The position numbers were made by a program, and so were the translations under genes. Below the pieces are notes generated by a model. It saw only the letters and a program-made list of their open reading frames with translations. It was not told the origin of the DNA and ran no database searches. A stretch of DNA of 64,000 nt. Origin: a virus (taxonomy: Duplodnaviria; Caudoviricetes). The stretch is taken from IMG/VR virus record IMGVR_UViG_3300021426_000001. One strand, given 5' to 3'. Shown here in pieces: positions 8,890-18,687 of the stretch. Each line of letters begins with the position of its first letter. The stretch's first letter is position 1.

Positions 8890-10713
8890 TCACTTCCACT
8901 TCTTAGCAGTGTCAAGGAGACCGTTCTGATCGTCTCTTCCGATGACGGTTCCAGTAGACAGCATGAACTTCAATCGAGCGCCATCGCTTCTGTCTATGCT
9001 GTTCACTGGAGGAATCTTCTCTGGGTTCAGGGTCGACTCCTCGACGGACGAGATAGCAGTCGGAGACTCTTCGTCGATCGTGAACTTCTTGTAAGCGCAG
9101 CCGTAGTCTCCGTTCACCATCCACTCGTCGAATCCGTAGTCGTCGTGCTTCTCGAACATCGTCTCGACGATCTCGTCCCAGTTCTGAATGTCGTCTGTGG
9201 AGATGTCGTAAGCGCCATCCATAGAAGTGTCTTCTGATAGCAGATGCTTACTTCTGTGCTCGTCCAAGTTTCCAGTGCTCCAGCGCATCCAGTACGCCAT
9301 CCAGAGCTGATCGTCGTTTCCTCTGAAGAAGCACGGATGACCGAGATTTCTGTGGATCCAGCAGTTGTGGTCACGATAGTCGTGAGCGACGTATGAGTAA
9401 GGACGGTTGATCAGCTGGAATGACTGATCTGCGTACGACTTGATCTTGGCAGAGTCGCGTGAGAGAGGAATGTACATTCCCCAGTTCTCCATGTAGTGCC
9501 ACTGGCCCCAGTGATGGCTGTCGTGGTTGTCTACGCCCAGCGTCTGCTTCTTGTTGATTGGAGAGCGCTGCGTTAGGAAGTCGAACGCCCACGGATCGAA
9601 CATGAAAGTCTCAATGATCAGCTCACGAGCCATCTGGCGGAGATAGTATGTCTGGTTTTCGATCTCTTCTGGAGACTCGAAGATAGCGAGCAGCTTATTC
9701 AAGGTTCCTCTCTTGTCTGACCAGCCGCTAGCCTTCCACTCTTCGCACACTGCTCTCCATTGAGCTTGATGCTCTTCAGTCAACGGATATGTGAGGAAGT
9801 AGTTTCCGAGATAGTCGCGTCCGTTCACATTTGGATAATCAGATTTTCTCCTGTAGCCATCTAGGAACTGCTTGTCCAAGTACGCGATGTAATATCCCTC
9901 AGACAGCTTCTTGCAGTAGCGGTCGTATGTCTCTACAAGGTGCTTGACTGGTGTCCATGATCTTGTGTAGCCGTTCCACATGTACAAGCTGATGCCAGCT
10001 CTAGGCATCATGATCTCTGCTGGATCAGAAGTGCACATCTCTATCATAGCCTCAGCGTTCAGGTCAGCTTCTCTGCTCTGAGATGCGCCAGTGATGATGT
10101 TGTAGAGAAGGAATGGCAGAGAGACTTCTCTGTAGTTCTCTACGAGAGATCCAGCGCCGACGATATAAGTGATAGCCATCGGAAGCGCCATAGCTGGTAT
10201 GAATAGCGAAGATACGACGTCGACTGGAATCTTCCACCATGAGCTCCAGCCCTCGCGTGAGATGTGCTCGATAGCTTCAGTTAGTCCGCCTGTCAGGAAA
10301 GCGACGCATGCGCGTGCCCAGCCAGGAAGTGTCTGGTAAGTGTGAGAGTATGTCGGAGTGTATGAGCTGATCTTGAAGTAGCACCAGTTAGACAAGCTGT
10401 TGACCCAGAAGTAGTTCGGGACGTTGTCCTTGTCAGCGGCTTCGCTCTTGCTGTCTTCTGTAGCTTTCTTGTACTTCTCGATCTCTTCGAGACTGAGAAT
10501 CGTGTTGCAGTCTCTGCCGAGATCCTTGACGGTCTTCTTCTGAGTTCCATAGTAGTACTCGTACGGTGACTGCCAGCCGTACTTCGACTTCGCTTCTTCG
10601 CGAATAGAGTCCATTCCCTTCTCGAGGTCGAGATAGGACAGCTCGACTTTGATCTCGGTGGACTCTTTCTCGTTCTGGCTGCTGCGGTTTTTGAATCTGA
10701 ATAGGTCTAGCAT
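8890..10713 (-). CDS. hypothetical 607-aa protein with a central hydrophobic region and a Trp/His-rich C-terminal part
   Basis: Long ORF with typical codon usage, co-oriented with the 1850-aa gene. Confidence 0.75.
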   Translation of the reverse strand: MLDLFRFKNRSSQNEKESTEIKVELSYLDLEKGMDSIREEAKSKYGWQSPYEYYYGTQKKTVKDLGRDCNTILSLEEIEKYKKATEDSKSEAADKDNVPNYFWVNSLSNWCYFKISSYTPTYSHTYQTLPGWARACVAFLTGGLTEAIEHISREGWSSWWKIPVDVVSSLFIPAMALPMAITYIVGAGSLVENYREVSLPFLLYNIITGASQSREADLNAEAMIEMCTSDPAEIMMPRAGISLYMWNGYTRSWTPVKHLVETYDRYCKKLSEGYYIAYLDKQFLDGYRRKSDYPNVNGRDYLGNYFLTYPLTEEHQAQWRAVCEEWKASGWSDKRGTLNKLLAIFESPEEIENQTYYLRQMARELIIETFMFDPWAFDFLTQRSPINKKQTLGVDNHDSHHWGQWHYMENWGMYIPLSRDSAKIKSYADQSFQLINRPYSYVAHDYRDHNCWIHRNLGHPCFFRGNDDQLWMAYWMRWSTGNLDEHRSKHLLSEDTSMDGAYDISTDDIQNWDEIVETMFEKHDDYGFDEWMVNGDYGCAYKKFTIDEESPTAISSVEESTLNPEKIPPVNSIDRSDGARLKFMLSTGTVIGRDDQNGLLDTAKKWK

Positions 10714-10757
10714 TCTACATACTTCCGATATATTTCTATTTATTTCGATTTTCTGGA

Positions 10758-10786
10758 TTTACGAATTGATGAGAAAATCCTATATT
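10758..10786 (+). promoter_or_regulatory. early promoter TTTACG-N17-TATATT
   Basis: Conserved early motif. Confidence 0.8.
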
Positions 10787-10818
10787 GACTGTGTAAACTT
10801 AAACAAGGGACTTATCAA

Positions 10819-11145
10819 ATGAAATTCAAGATTCTCGGCAGCAATATGATGAGCGGCACAGGCTCAGTAAATTCCCTCATCGACTACGTAAAAGGCAAGA
10901 AGTTCGACAAAATAACGAAATTCGACTATCAGGGCGACACTGATCATATTGAATTCACCAAGGATCGCATCAAGTTCACTGATCAAGACAGAAGCATGAA
11001 GTTCGGCTGGTTCTTTGAAGAACTCTGGGTATTCGAAAACGGAAAAGAATTTACTGCTTACGGCAACTGCGAGAACGCAGAATACGTAAAGCAGATCAAG
11101 ACAAATCTCAAGAAGGCAGCAAAAAATAAATCTAGAAAATCTTAA
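10819..11145 (+). CDS. hypothetical early protein
   Basis: Early promoter plus AAGGGA SD. Confidence 0.8.
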   Translation: MKFKILGSNMMSGTGSVNSLIDYVKGKKFDKITKFDYQGDTDHIEFTKDRIKFTDQDRSMKFGWFFEELWVFENGKEFTAYGNCENAEYVKQIKTNLKKAAKNKSRKS

Positions 11146-11154
11146 AAATCTGGG

Positions 11155-11183
11155 TTTACAAGCTGTTTGGATTTTCTTATATT
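11155..11183 (+). promoter_or_regulatory. early promoter TTTACA-N17-TATATT
   Basis: Conserved early motif with GTAAAACAAA leader at 11190. Confidence 0.85.
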
Positions 11184-11222
11184 TTACTCGTAAAACAAAA
11201 CAACTCTAACAAAGGACTTACA

Positions 11223-11684
11223 ATGAAACCGGAAGAATTCAAGAAAATTTGGAACAATCTCATGGAAAATGGCCTTCCAGTCAAGAAGGAAACGAGAACC
11301 GAACTTCATCTCGAAAGCGGTCTCAAGGGCTACCTCACAGACGGTGGCGCTATCATGACTCTTGAATTCCCGAACGGTCGAATCATGGAATGCTTCACTC
11401 TTCTCGGCAAGGATGTCACAGTAGAACGCCGTCCAGCCAAGAACAAGGTCACGGCTAAGGAAGTCAAGGAAGCCATGAAGAAGGCTAAGCTCGAAGAGAT
11501 GAACAAGCGTGGCGATCTCGTCATTCCGAAGGAATACCGCGAACTCGTCGAAAAGGCGCTCAAGATCGCAGAGATCGCACTCAACGAGAACAAGCAAGCT
11601 ACTTGGATCATAAACATGGCTCAGGGCAAGAACAAGGCAAAGCAGATCCACTGGCTCCTCAAGAACGTCGCTAAGGTTGGCTAA
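11223..11684 (+). CDS. hypothetical early protein
   Basis: Early promoter plus AAGGAC SD. Confidence 0.8.
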   Translation: MKPEEFKKIWNNLMENGLPVKKETRTELHLESGLKGYLTDGGAIMTLEFPNGRIMECFTLLGKDVTVERRPAKNKVTAKEVKEAMKKAKLEEMNKRGDLVIPKEYRELVEKALKIAEIALNENKQATWIINMAQGKNKAKQIHWLLKNVAKVG

Positions 11685-11685
11685 T

Positions 11686-11826
11686 ATGAAGCAAGAACAG
11701 AACAAGCTGAAGAATCCGAGAGACTGGCAGCCGAAAGACTGGGCCGAGCGCATGGGAAAGAAGATGGGAATCCGTCAACAGGACATCAAGCTCTTCAAGA
11801 TGTCGCTTCTGCGAGGAATGAGATAA
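11686..11826 (+). CDS. small hypothetical protein, 46 aa (MKQEQNKLKNPRDWQPKDW...)
   Basis: Fills the gap between early genes; TAATG overlap with the next gene; absent from the ORF track. Confidence 0.65.
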   Translation: MKQEQNKLKNPRDWQPKDWAERMGKKMGIRQQDIKLFKMSLLRGMR

Positions 11827-12221
11827 TGAACATCTTCAGAAAGATAACAGAAGCTTTTGACGGAACCGCTTACATCGAGAAGCTCGCCAAGCGTCTCGAT
11901 GAGCTCAACATCCCGTACGAACTAACCTCCGTCTTCAAGATTCATGACCAGTTCGACAAGATGACCTTTCCGTGGACGACTGCTGACGTGATCTGCAACT
12001 ACGGATCTTACGGCCACGAGAATGGCGAATACGAAGTCATGGGACGAGATCTACAGACAGTAGAAGAAGCTGCTTGGGATGAAGTAACAGGTCACATCAA
12101 CCTCGAAGACATGGTCAAGCGCATTCAGACCGCCTACAATCGCACCTTCGACGAGAAGAAGGAAGAGAAGCGCAAGACCGTCAACGAATACTTCAAGAAG
12201 AGGAAAGAATATGGAGTTTAG
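11826..12221 (+). CDS. hypothetical early protein
   Basis: Translationally coupled ORF. Confidence 0.75.
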   Translation: MNIFRKITEAFDGTAYIEKLAKRLDELNIPYELTSVFKIHDQFDKMTFPWTTADVICNYGSYGHENGEYEVMGRDLQTVEEAAWDEVTGHINLEDMVKRIQTAYNRTFDEKKEEKRKTVNEYFKKRKEYGV

Positions 12222-12552
12222 CAAGGCTTACGACTACTTCGAGAAGATGGGCTTCGAGTTCAAGTTCGACGAAGCTACTCCAGCTTGGGCATGGTCGAAC
12301 TGCCATGTGCTCTGGAAGGGCGTCGAGTTCGGAGTCATGTACCAAGACAACATGAGGCTGAGCGATGGCAACGACATGCTCTATCAGTACTCCTACAGAT
12401 ACAGCTTCTATCCCGACAAGGAGATCTACGATCTGGTAGACAAGTTCATCAAGAACGCTAGAGAGATTCCCGCTAAGCGCGTCATCGAAACCAAGAGAGA
12501 TCGCGCTAACCAAGTCCGTGACTACTTCGCCAGAAAGCGTGCTGCCGAGTAG
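12211..12552 (+). CDS. hypothetical early protein
   Basis: Overlapping operon ORF with an SD. Confidence 0.75.
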   Translation: MEFSKAYDYFEKMGFEFKFDEATPAWAWSNCHVLWKGVEFGVMYQDNMRLSDGNDMLYQYSYRYSFYPDKEIYDLVDKFIKNAREIPAKRVIETKRDRANQVRDYFARKRAAE

Positions 12553-12579
12553 CTTGGTAGCTGGTAGTATAAATAAAAC

Positions 12580-12921
12580 ATGGACAGATTCTATGAGTTT
12601 CTAATCAACGAGGGCATGCACCGAAAGAAGATGATCCGCGACGGAAAGGTCGTGGTCAAGTGGGTAACAGACAAGCCTGGAGTGACTGAGATTCAATATG
12701 ATCAGTTCGGGAATCCTCACGAAGAGCGTATTCCAGCCGAGAAGATCAAGGCGATGAAGGACGCTGCGAGAAAGAACAAGAGCAAGCGTGAGGGAGCTAT
12801 GGCTCAGCGTGAGGTGCACAAAGCGATGAGCATGAATAAGAGACGCCACGATCCCGATCTGAAGCACTACGACAAAGAGTTTCCAGACGTAAACAGCGAA
12901 CACGACCAGTCAACACTATAG
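12580..12921 (+). CDS. putative internal head protein, leaderless
   Basis: TATAAATA at 12568-12575 then ATG 4 nt later; N-terminus MDRFYEFLINE resembles a T4 capsid-targeting sequence. Confidence 0.65.
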   Translation: MDRFYEFLINEGMHRKKMIRDGKVVVKWVTDKPGVTEIQYDQFGNPHEERIPAEKIKAMKDAARKNKSKREGAMAQREVHKAMSMNKRRHDPDLKHYDKEFPDVNSEHDQSTL

Positions 12922-12930
12922 GGGGACGAT

Positions 12931-13086
12931 ATGGATCACAAAGAATTCATGGAGAAGCAGGTGCATGACATTGAAGTCGCAAAATACTACGAGGGAATCC
13001 GCATAGGAAGAGACCCTGGTCAGGAGTTCGTCAAGAAGTGGATTCTCGACAACGCAGCAGAATACCGAAAAGAAAACGACAAGTGA
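12931..13086 (+). CDS. small hypothetical protein, 51 aa (MDHKEFMEKQVHDIEVAKYYEGIRIGRDPGQEFVKKW...)
   Basis: GGGGGA SD and typical codon usage; absent from the ORF track. Confidence 0.7.
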   Translation: MDHKEFMEKQVHDIEVAKYYEGIRIGRDPGQEFVKKWILDNAAEYRKENDK

Positions 13087-14049
13087 TCACTTGAAGATCT
13101 TTCTGTCGCTGTACAAGTGAAGACGAGAGGAGTTCATCCTCTGGTCTATTTTGCATTTTATGGTGAACTTCATCTTCTCTCCGAGAGTGTCTTGATCGAG
13201 CTCGTAGCTCCAGTTCTCTACTCCCACGATGAAGTAAGTGTCAAGGACGCCAGCTCTGAGAACGTCCAGTCTGTGCAGAGGCTCGTTGAACTTCGTTCTT
13301 CCGTAAGTCATTCTCTGCTTGTCGTTCCATCCTCTGACTAGAACTTCGTCTGCTACTGTCGTGACTGCGTTAGCGAAGTCTTCAATCGTGTCCAAGAAGC
13401 TGCTCTCTTCTTTCTCTTTCTCGCTGCCTCCGAACATTATTCTTCCGCCGTCTTCTAGTGCTTTCTTTCCGATTGGAACGATGCTTCCGAGACCGGTCAT
13501 AGCCTGGTCAACCGATCTGTCGATCAAGTGAGTGAACTTGTCTACCGTCTCCACAGTCGCGTACTTAGTCAGGTAGTCGATCACGGCTTTCTGAGAAGAT
13601 GGAGGGCATGACGGATCGAACAGCTCTAACGGTCTCTTCCAGGCGTCGAAGACAAGCTCGAAACCCTCACTCTGGAAGTCTTTCGCTGTGTAGACTTTCT
13701 TCGTGTAGTTTCCAGAGAGCTGAACGTTCAGATTAGCGCCGACTGCTCCACCTAGAGCGTTAGCGATAGATCCTCTTCCCGTGAAAGTGTTCTGAAGAAG
13801 ATCTGTGAGTGACTTCTGAGGACCCTCTGCCGTCTCAGTCGTGAACGAGAGAGTCGGAATATTCTCATTGTCAAGGATTCCGCAAATTGACGTAGACTTT
13901 CCGCCGTCGTTCGTAGTCAGAACGAACCAGTTGTTTCCATAGAGGTTCTCCGAGAAGCCGTTGAACATCGCGTTCTGCGATGCCGTGAAGGCTATCTCTG
14001 GCGATCCATCGCCGTCTAGCTTGATATTCTCGTTCTTAGCTTCGCTCAT
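13087..14049 (-). CDS. putative baseplate/tail-tube junction protein (gp48/gp54-like)
   Basis: Tail-tube-like pattern and position among tail genes; similar layout to its neighbour. Confidence 0.4.
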   Translation of the reverse strand: MSEAKNENIKLDGDGSPEIAFTASQNAMFNGFSENLYGNNWFVLTTNDGGKSTSICGILDNENIPTLSFTTETAEGPQKSLTDLLQNTFTGRGSIANALGGAVGANLNVQLSGNYTKKVYTAKDFQSEGFELVFDAWKRPLELFDPSCPPSSQKAVIDYLTKYATVETVDKFTHLIDRSVDQAMTGLGSIVPIGKKALEDGGRIMFGGSEKEKEESSFLDTIEDFANAVTTVADEVLVRGWNDKQRMTYGRTKFNEPLHRLDVLRAGVLDTYFIVGVENWSYELDQDTLGEKMKFTIKCKIDQRMNSSRLHLYSDRKIFK

Positions 14050-15020
14050 TCTCTGTACTCGTACTTGAACATATCTATCATCTGAGACGGAGAGACTTTA
14101 GTGACGCTCTCTAGACTCATCTCGATCTTGCAATACTCTGGACATGCGCCGACTCTCTTTCCGTTGCCGTCTATGATTCTCACGATGTGTGGCGAGAACT
14201 TGAAAGTGAGCTTCTTGATGTAGAAGTCGACATACATAGACGGCTTTCTGGAGTCTATGAACTTTGCACCGTTCGGATCAGTCACGCTAATGCAGAACGT
14301 GTGTCCCAGACGCTGTCCGACTCCCATGACTCCAGCAGCTACTTTCTCCAGGCCGTCTAGACCCTTCTTAGCAGACCCGTTGAAGTCTGAGAAGACTCCG
14401 ACTGCTGCGCTTCCGACATCCTTGATTCCGCCGAGAATGAGCTTTCCGTTGTCTTCTTCAAGATTCTTCTTCATGGCCGCGATGTTGTCTTTGACGATTC
14501 CAGTGCTGAACGCAGTAGATGGCATCATGGCTGTCTTTCCGAGATTCATCCAGTCCCACATCGAGCTGAGCTTCTCGTCGTGATAGGTGATCGCGGGATA
14601 CATGTTGTCTCTGTCGTATCTCAGACCCTCTACGTGAGCTCCGACAGAAGACTTAGGAATTGTCGGATAGGCTAGAATCTCGAAGTCGAATTTGATGTAT
14701 GCGTCTGAGAGCTGTGCTGCGAGCTGCGTCCACTTGTCTGTCAAGATCGGCGGCTTGTAGTACTGACCACCCAGCATCTGGACGATCTTTCCTGGAACGC
14801 TCTCGTCTCCTCCAGCGATTGTCTTGATCTTGTCTGTGATCCACTGAGAGTTGCTCTTGTCCCAGTCGCCCCAGTCGGTAGCGTAGCTTACTTTCGGAAA
14901 CTCCTTGATGTAGCCAGACATGTTCACGCATGTCTCTTTAGCCTCGTCACTCAGAGGATAGATTGTGAGAACGCCCTGCTTAGCGTTTTGACCACCCCAA
15001 AGCTCTATCTCTTGGCTCAT
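14046..15020 (-). CDS. putative baseplate tail-tube cap protein (gp48-like)
   Basis: C-terminal FYIKKLTFKFSP...PEYCKIEMSLES resembles gp48-type tube-fold proteins. Confidence 0.45.
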   Translation of the reverse strand: MSQEIELWGGQNAKQGVLTIYPLSDEAKETCVNMSGYIKEFPKVSYATDWGDWDKSNSQWITDKIKTIAGGDESVPGKIVQMLGGQYYKPPILTDKWTQLAAQLSDAYIKFDFEILAYPTIPKSSVGAHVEGLRYDRDNMYPAITYHDEKLSSMWDWMNLGKTAMMPSTAFSTGIVKDNIAAMKKNLEEDNGKLILGGIKDVGSAAVGVFSDFNGSAKKGLDGLEKVAAGVMGVGQRLGHTFCISVTDPNGAKFIDSRKPSMYVDFYIKKLTFKFSPHIVRIIDGNGKRVGACPEYCKIEMSLESVTKVSPSQMIDMFKYEYRE

Positions 15021-15023
15021 CTA

Positions 15024-16400
15024 TTAGTCTCCCGAAGTAACTGCTGGAACTTCTTCTCTGCTCTGCTCTTTCGGAGTTCTGCTTCTCCACTCTACAGTGA
15101 ATGTTCCGAACTCCTTTCCTATCGCCTCTAGTGCGACTCTCATCTTGACTGCTTCGTCAAGTATCAGCTTGACCGTCGTGTCGCTAAGCTCGCTGTTTAT
15201 CGTGTCATTGCTGCTCGTTACTCGTCTGATGTCGTTCTCGGCTGGTGTCTCCCTTAGCATAGCGACTGCTTCAGTGAGCTTTCTCATGTTGCTGTCTAGC
15301 ATCTTCACTAGAGCGTCCTGACCAGCTACGAGAGGACGAACTGCTGCGCTGAAAGCGTCCATGTCAGTCTCTCTGCGAGCGCCGTCAGAAGATCTCTGGT
15401 TCATGATCTGGACTTTCATCGTCGAGCTCAAAATCTCGACGACCTTCTTCTGGAACTCTGGGTTCGTCTCGATCTTGATCTTGCTCAGATCGGCTGCAGG
15501 AATCTTGAGTCTGTCTATGCTAGCGCGAATGCTGTCTGCTCCAGACTCGACTGCACGGATCAGAGCTTCGTTGTCTGATCCGATTGAGATTCCTGCGACA
15601 GCTGCCTTGACTTCTCTCACTGCACTGACTATCTCCGTCTCTCCGCTAGCGATTCTGCTCAGAGTAGAGCTAGCGGCTCTTAGATCCCTCTGCATTCCGA
15701 GAATCTGAGGGTCTGCCTCTTGTCTAGGTGTCGTCTGCTGCGATGATGGCTTGTTTCCGAAGATGAGTCCCTTGACTCCTCCGGATGCGACATCTCTTAC
15801 GCTGTGAGACACGTCGACGATGGCGTCTATGCCCTTTCCGATGATCTTGTAGAGACCGTATAGCACGACGGCTAGACCACCCACGATAGGGATAGCGAGA
15901 GCGACTCCGACTTGAGTCGGGCTAGACCACGCTTTCAGGAAGTCTGCTGCGCTGTCGCAGAGGAGTCCGATCTTCTTCTCTAGGTCTCTCGGAATGACAG
16001 ACTGAGCGTTCATTCCAGCGATGGGCGTGTTCTGGACTCTCGGCGCCTCTACTGCCGTTCTCTCGTTCTCTCTAGCGATCGTGATGTCGTTCGCGTCACC
16101 CTTGACTATTGCGTCTTTCAGCTGCTGCAGGCCGTAAGTCATCTGGACCGTGTGATTTCTCATGTTGGTCACGATGGCGCTTCCGTAGAGATTCACCGAG
16201 CTGTGAAGGAGCATGATCTGTGGCGAGATCTCAGACTCCATGATGGTCAGAGTGTCAGAGATTCTGTCAAGAAGCATTCCGTTTCTGCGGATGTCGTGGC
16301 CGAGCTTGAACTGCAAGTTCTCCTCAGCGGCCCAGACGAGATCGCCGACTTGGCGCATCTCATCTCTAAGTTCACTCAACTTCTTGGTCTGATCGTCCAT
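15024..16400 (-). CDS. helical virion protein, possible tape-measure/baseplate hub (gp29-like)
   Basis: Ala-rich helical sequence with one hydrophobic segment; late promoter at 16420-16427; adjacent to gp48-like genes. Confidence 0.35.
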   Translation of the reverse strand: MDDQTKKLSELRDEMRQVGDLVWAAEENLQFKLGHDIRRNGMLLDRISDTLTIMESEISPQIMLLHSSVNLYGSAIVTNMRNHTVQMTYGLQQLKDAIVKGDANDITIARENERTAVEAPRVQNTPIAGMNAQSVIPRDLEKKIGLLCDSAADFLKAWSSPTQVGVALAIPIVGGLAVVLYGLYKIIGKGIDAIVDVSHSVRDVASGGVKGLIFGNKPSSQQTTPRQEADPQILGMQRDLRAASSTLSRIASGETEIVSAVREVKAAVAGISIGSDNEALIRAVESGADSIRASIDRLKIPAADLSKIKIETNPEFQKKVVEILSSTMKVQIMNQRSSDGARRETDMDAFSAAVRPLVAGQDALVKMLDSNMRKLTEAVAMLRETPAENDIRRVTSSNDTINSELSDTTVKLILDEAVKMRVALEAIGKEFGTFTVEWRSRTPKEQSREEVPAVTSGD

Positions 16401-16535
16401 ATTTCACCACTTTACACGTTATTTATAGCGCATTAGAGACGGTTTTAAAGCGCTTTAAGTATACAGCCGTGTGTTACCTTGGCCTTCTTAAAAAGCGCTT
16501 TAAAACGTCACGTATTCGTCTCTAGCGAAGCTTCC

Positions 16536-17789
16536 TCAGTCAGCGATCTCGGTATCATGTTTCATGAACCAGTGCGTATCTACTCGCTCATTGTTGCTGT
16601 TCAGATAGTCTTTTCTGCCAGAAGCAGTGTAGTCGTCCTCTGTGAGCTTCGAGAAGTCGTAGCGCTCGGTCATGCTGCCCTCCCAAGATCTAGCGGCGCT
16701 GTCGTAAGTTCCAGACTGCTCCATGTAGTTTCCTGAGATTCCGATGATCGACTTGTAGCGGTCTGCCTCTTCGCTCTCAACTGCGCTCGTGAACTTCCAG
16801 ATTCCCTGATCCTTCTGAGCCAGCTCGAAGTAAGCATTGTAGTTCTCGGCTGGCGTCCATACGCTGACTCCAGGAGCGAGCTCTTCCTTTCTCTGAATGA
16901 TTCCAGCGTCCTTGATCGGAAGGTCTGCGCTGTCTGCGATGTAGAACTCTGGCTTGTCTGGATCCTTAGAGCCAGAGAATGTGTTGACAATCTGCTGGGT
17001 CTTGTAGACGGCGATAGACGGGTTGAGGGTGACGATGATCTGGTCGATGATTGCGCCGTACTCGATCTTGGTGTAGAGCCAGCCCTCTATCGTGAAGTGG
17101 AACTTAGCCTCTACTTCTCGCTTGTCCTGCTCTCCCATGTCTTCAGGCATCGAAGTGTCGACAGAGTCTAGCTTCATCTTTATGCTTCTTCGGATGTTCA
17201 TGAACCAGAACTCTTTGATGAAGAGGAACGCGTCTGGATTGAATCGTGTGCATATCTGCTCGATCATCTGGAGGAGATCAGACATCTTCTCAGCTTTCGC
17301 AGTCAGAGTGAATCCGAAGTTGTACGGAACTGGCTTAGTGTCTGACCAGAGAAGCTGAGCCTGACCCTCTTCGATTCCTCTGTCCATCATGTAGTTCTCG
17401 TAGAAAGTTCTGCAAGCCATTGATGATGCAGCTCTAGTCGCGTCATACTGGAACGACGTGATCTGGTAGTACATGTTCGGGAGAGGAATGTAGTAAGTCT
17501 TTCCAGACTCCTGCTCTTTGCGGAAGTCGTGGGACTTAGCTCTCGGACCGAACTTTATCGGGACTTGAATTCTCTTTCTCGGATAGCCCTTCTCGTCGTA
17601 TCTGATCACGTACAGGTCATTGAAGAAGTTAGTGAAAGCTACCATTATCGCTCTCAGAGTGTCGGCGAAGTAGTAGCCTATCGGGTACCCGAGGTCTCCT
17701 CTGTCATCGATCGTCGCTTTCCACCAGCCGTGCTCATCCGGTCTGTAGCCAGGCGTCTTCCAGTTGCTCTCTGCCATAGATTCTCCCAT
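16536..17789 (-). CDS. tail sheath stabiliser/terminator (T4 gp15-like)
   Basis: YYFADTLRAIMVAFTNFFNDLYVIR...IQVPIKFGPR...PVPYNFGFTL...LQMIEQI motifs. Confidence 0.85.
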   Translation of the reverse strand: MGESMAESNWKTPGYRPDEHGWWKATIDDRGDLGYPIGYYFADTLRAIMVAFTNFFNDLYVIRYDEKGYPRKRIQVPIKFGPRAKSHDFRKEQESGKTYYIPLPNMYYQITSFQYDATRAASSMACRTFYENYMMDRGIEEGQAQLLWSDTKPVPYNFGFTLTAKAEKMSDLLQMIEQICTRFNPDAFLFIKEFWFMNIRRSIKMKLDSVDTSMPEDMGEQDKREVEAKFHFTIEGWLYTKIEYGAIIDQIIVTLNPSIAVYKTQQIVNTFSGSKDPDKPEFYIADSADLPIKDAGIIQRKEELAPGVSVWTPAENYNAYFELAQKDQGIWKFTSAVESEEADRYKSIIGISGNYMEQSGTYDSAARSWEGSMTERYDFSKLTEDDYTASGRKDYLNSNNERVDTHWFMKHDTEIAD

Positions 17790-17817
17790 CGCTATATATT
17801 ATCTATAGAGGAACTTT

Positions 17818-18687
17818 ATGTCTGAGATCAACTACTGGAGAATTCCGTACACGCAGCTGCCGTCACTCGGCGAGAGATATCCGCAGGGAAGCTCTATAAA
17901 ATTCAGATGCATGACTGTGAACGATCTGAAGTACATGGCGTCACTCAAAGATGAGAACGCAGACGAGATGGTCACTGACATCCTGGAGAGATGCTTGAAG
18001 CTAGACGGCGTCAGGTTCGACCAGCTTCTCAGAATGGACAGGCTCACAATGCTGTTCTTCATCAGAACGAACACGTTCTTGCTCTCGAACGGATTTCAGA
18101 CAGAGTTCGACTGTCCGCACTGCGGGTCTAGAGAGCGCCAAGAGTTCAAGATGTCGGATCTCAAAGTAAAGAAGATCACAGAGTCTACGATTCACGACGT
18201 AGACATGGTAGACGAGCTCGGAATATGCGTCTCTGGAGAGTACAAGACCTTCGCTGACAGAGTCTATCACTCTCCAGATCCTCTCATCGATCTGATCCTC
18301 AACAACACGGATCTGGCTCACTGGCAGGACATGACGGTAGAGCAGTGGACTGACTGGATCTACAATCTTCCAGCCGACAAAGTGGCTAAGCTCAAGAGAG
18401 CAGCTAACGACGCTAGATGCGGAGTTCTCGGATACGTAGATCTGAAGTGCAGCAAGTGCCGAAAGACGCTGAGAGTCGGCGTGGACATCTCAGACAAGAG
18501 TCTCTTCAACAAAGCGAAGCTGTCTGTCCTGATCCGCAACAAGATCCAGATAAGCAAGTACTGCGGCGTCCAGATAACGGATGACACGCCATACAACGAA
18601 GTTGAGCTGACTATCGCCATCGTGAACGAGCTGTCAGAGGCAGAGGCTAGAAGCATGAAAGAATCTAAGAACGGAGCTAAGAAGTAA
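17818..18687 (+). CDS. baseplate hub assembly protein (gp26-like) with two CxxC motifs
   Basis: LPSLG...IKFRCMTVNDLK...CPHC...CSKC pattern; directly upstream of the gp5-like gene. Confidence 0.65.
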   Translation: MSEINYWRIPYTQLPSLGERYPQGSSIKFRCMTVNDLKYMASLKDENADEMVTDILERCLKLDGVRFDQLLRMDRLTMLFFIRTNTFLLSNGFQTEFDCPHCGSRERQEFKMSDLKVKKITESTIHDVDMVDELGICVSGEYKTFADRVYHSPDPLIDLILNNTDLAHWQDMTVEQWTDWIYNLPADKVAKLKRAANDARCGVLGYVDLKCSKCRKTLRVGVDISDKSLFNKAKLSVLIRNKIQISKYCGVQITDDTPYNEVELTIAIVNELSEAEARSMKESKNGAKK

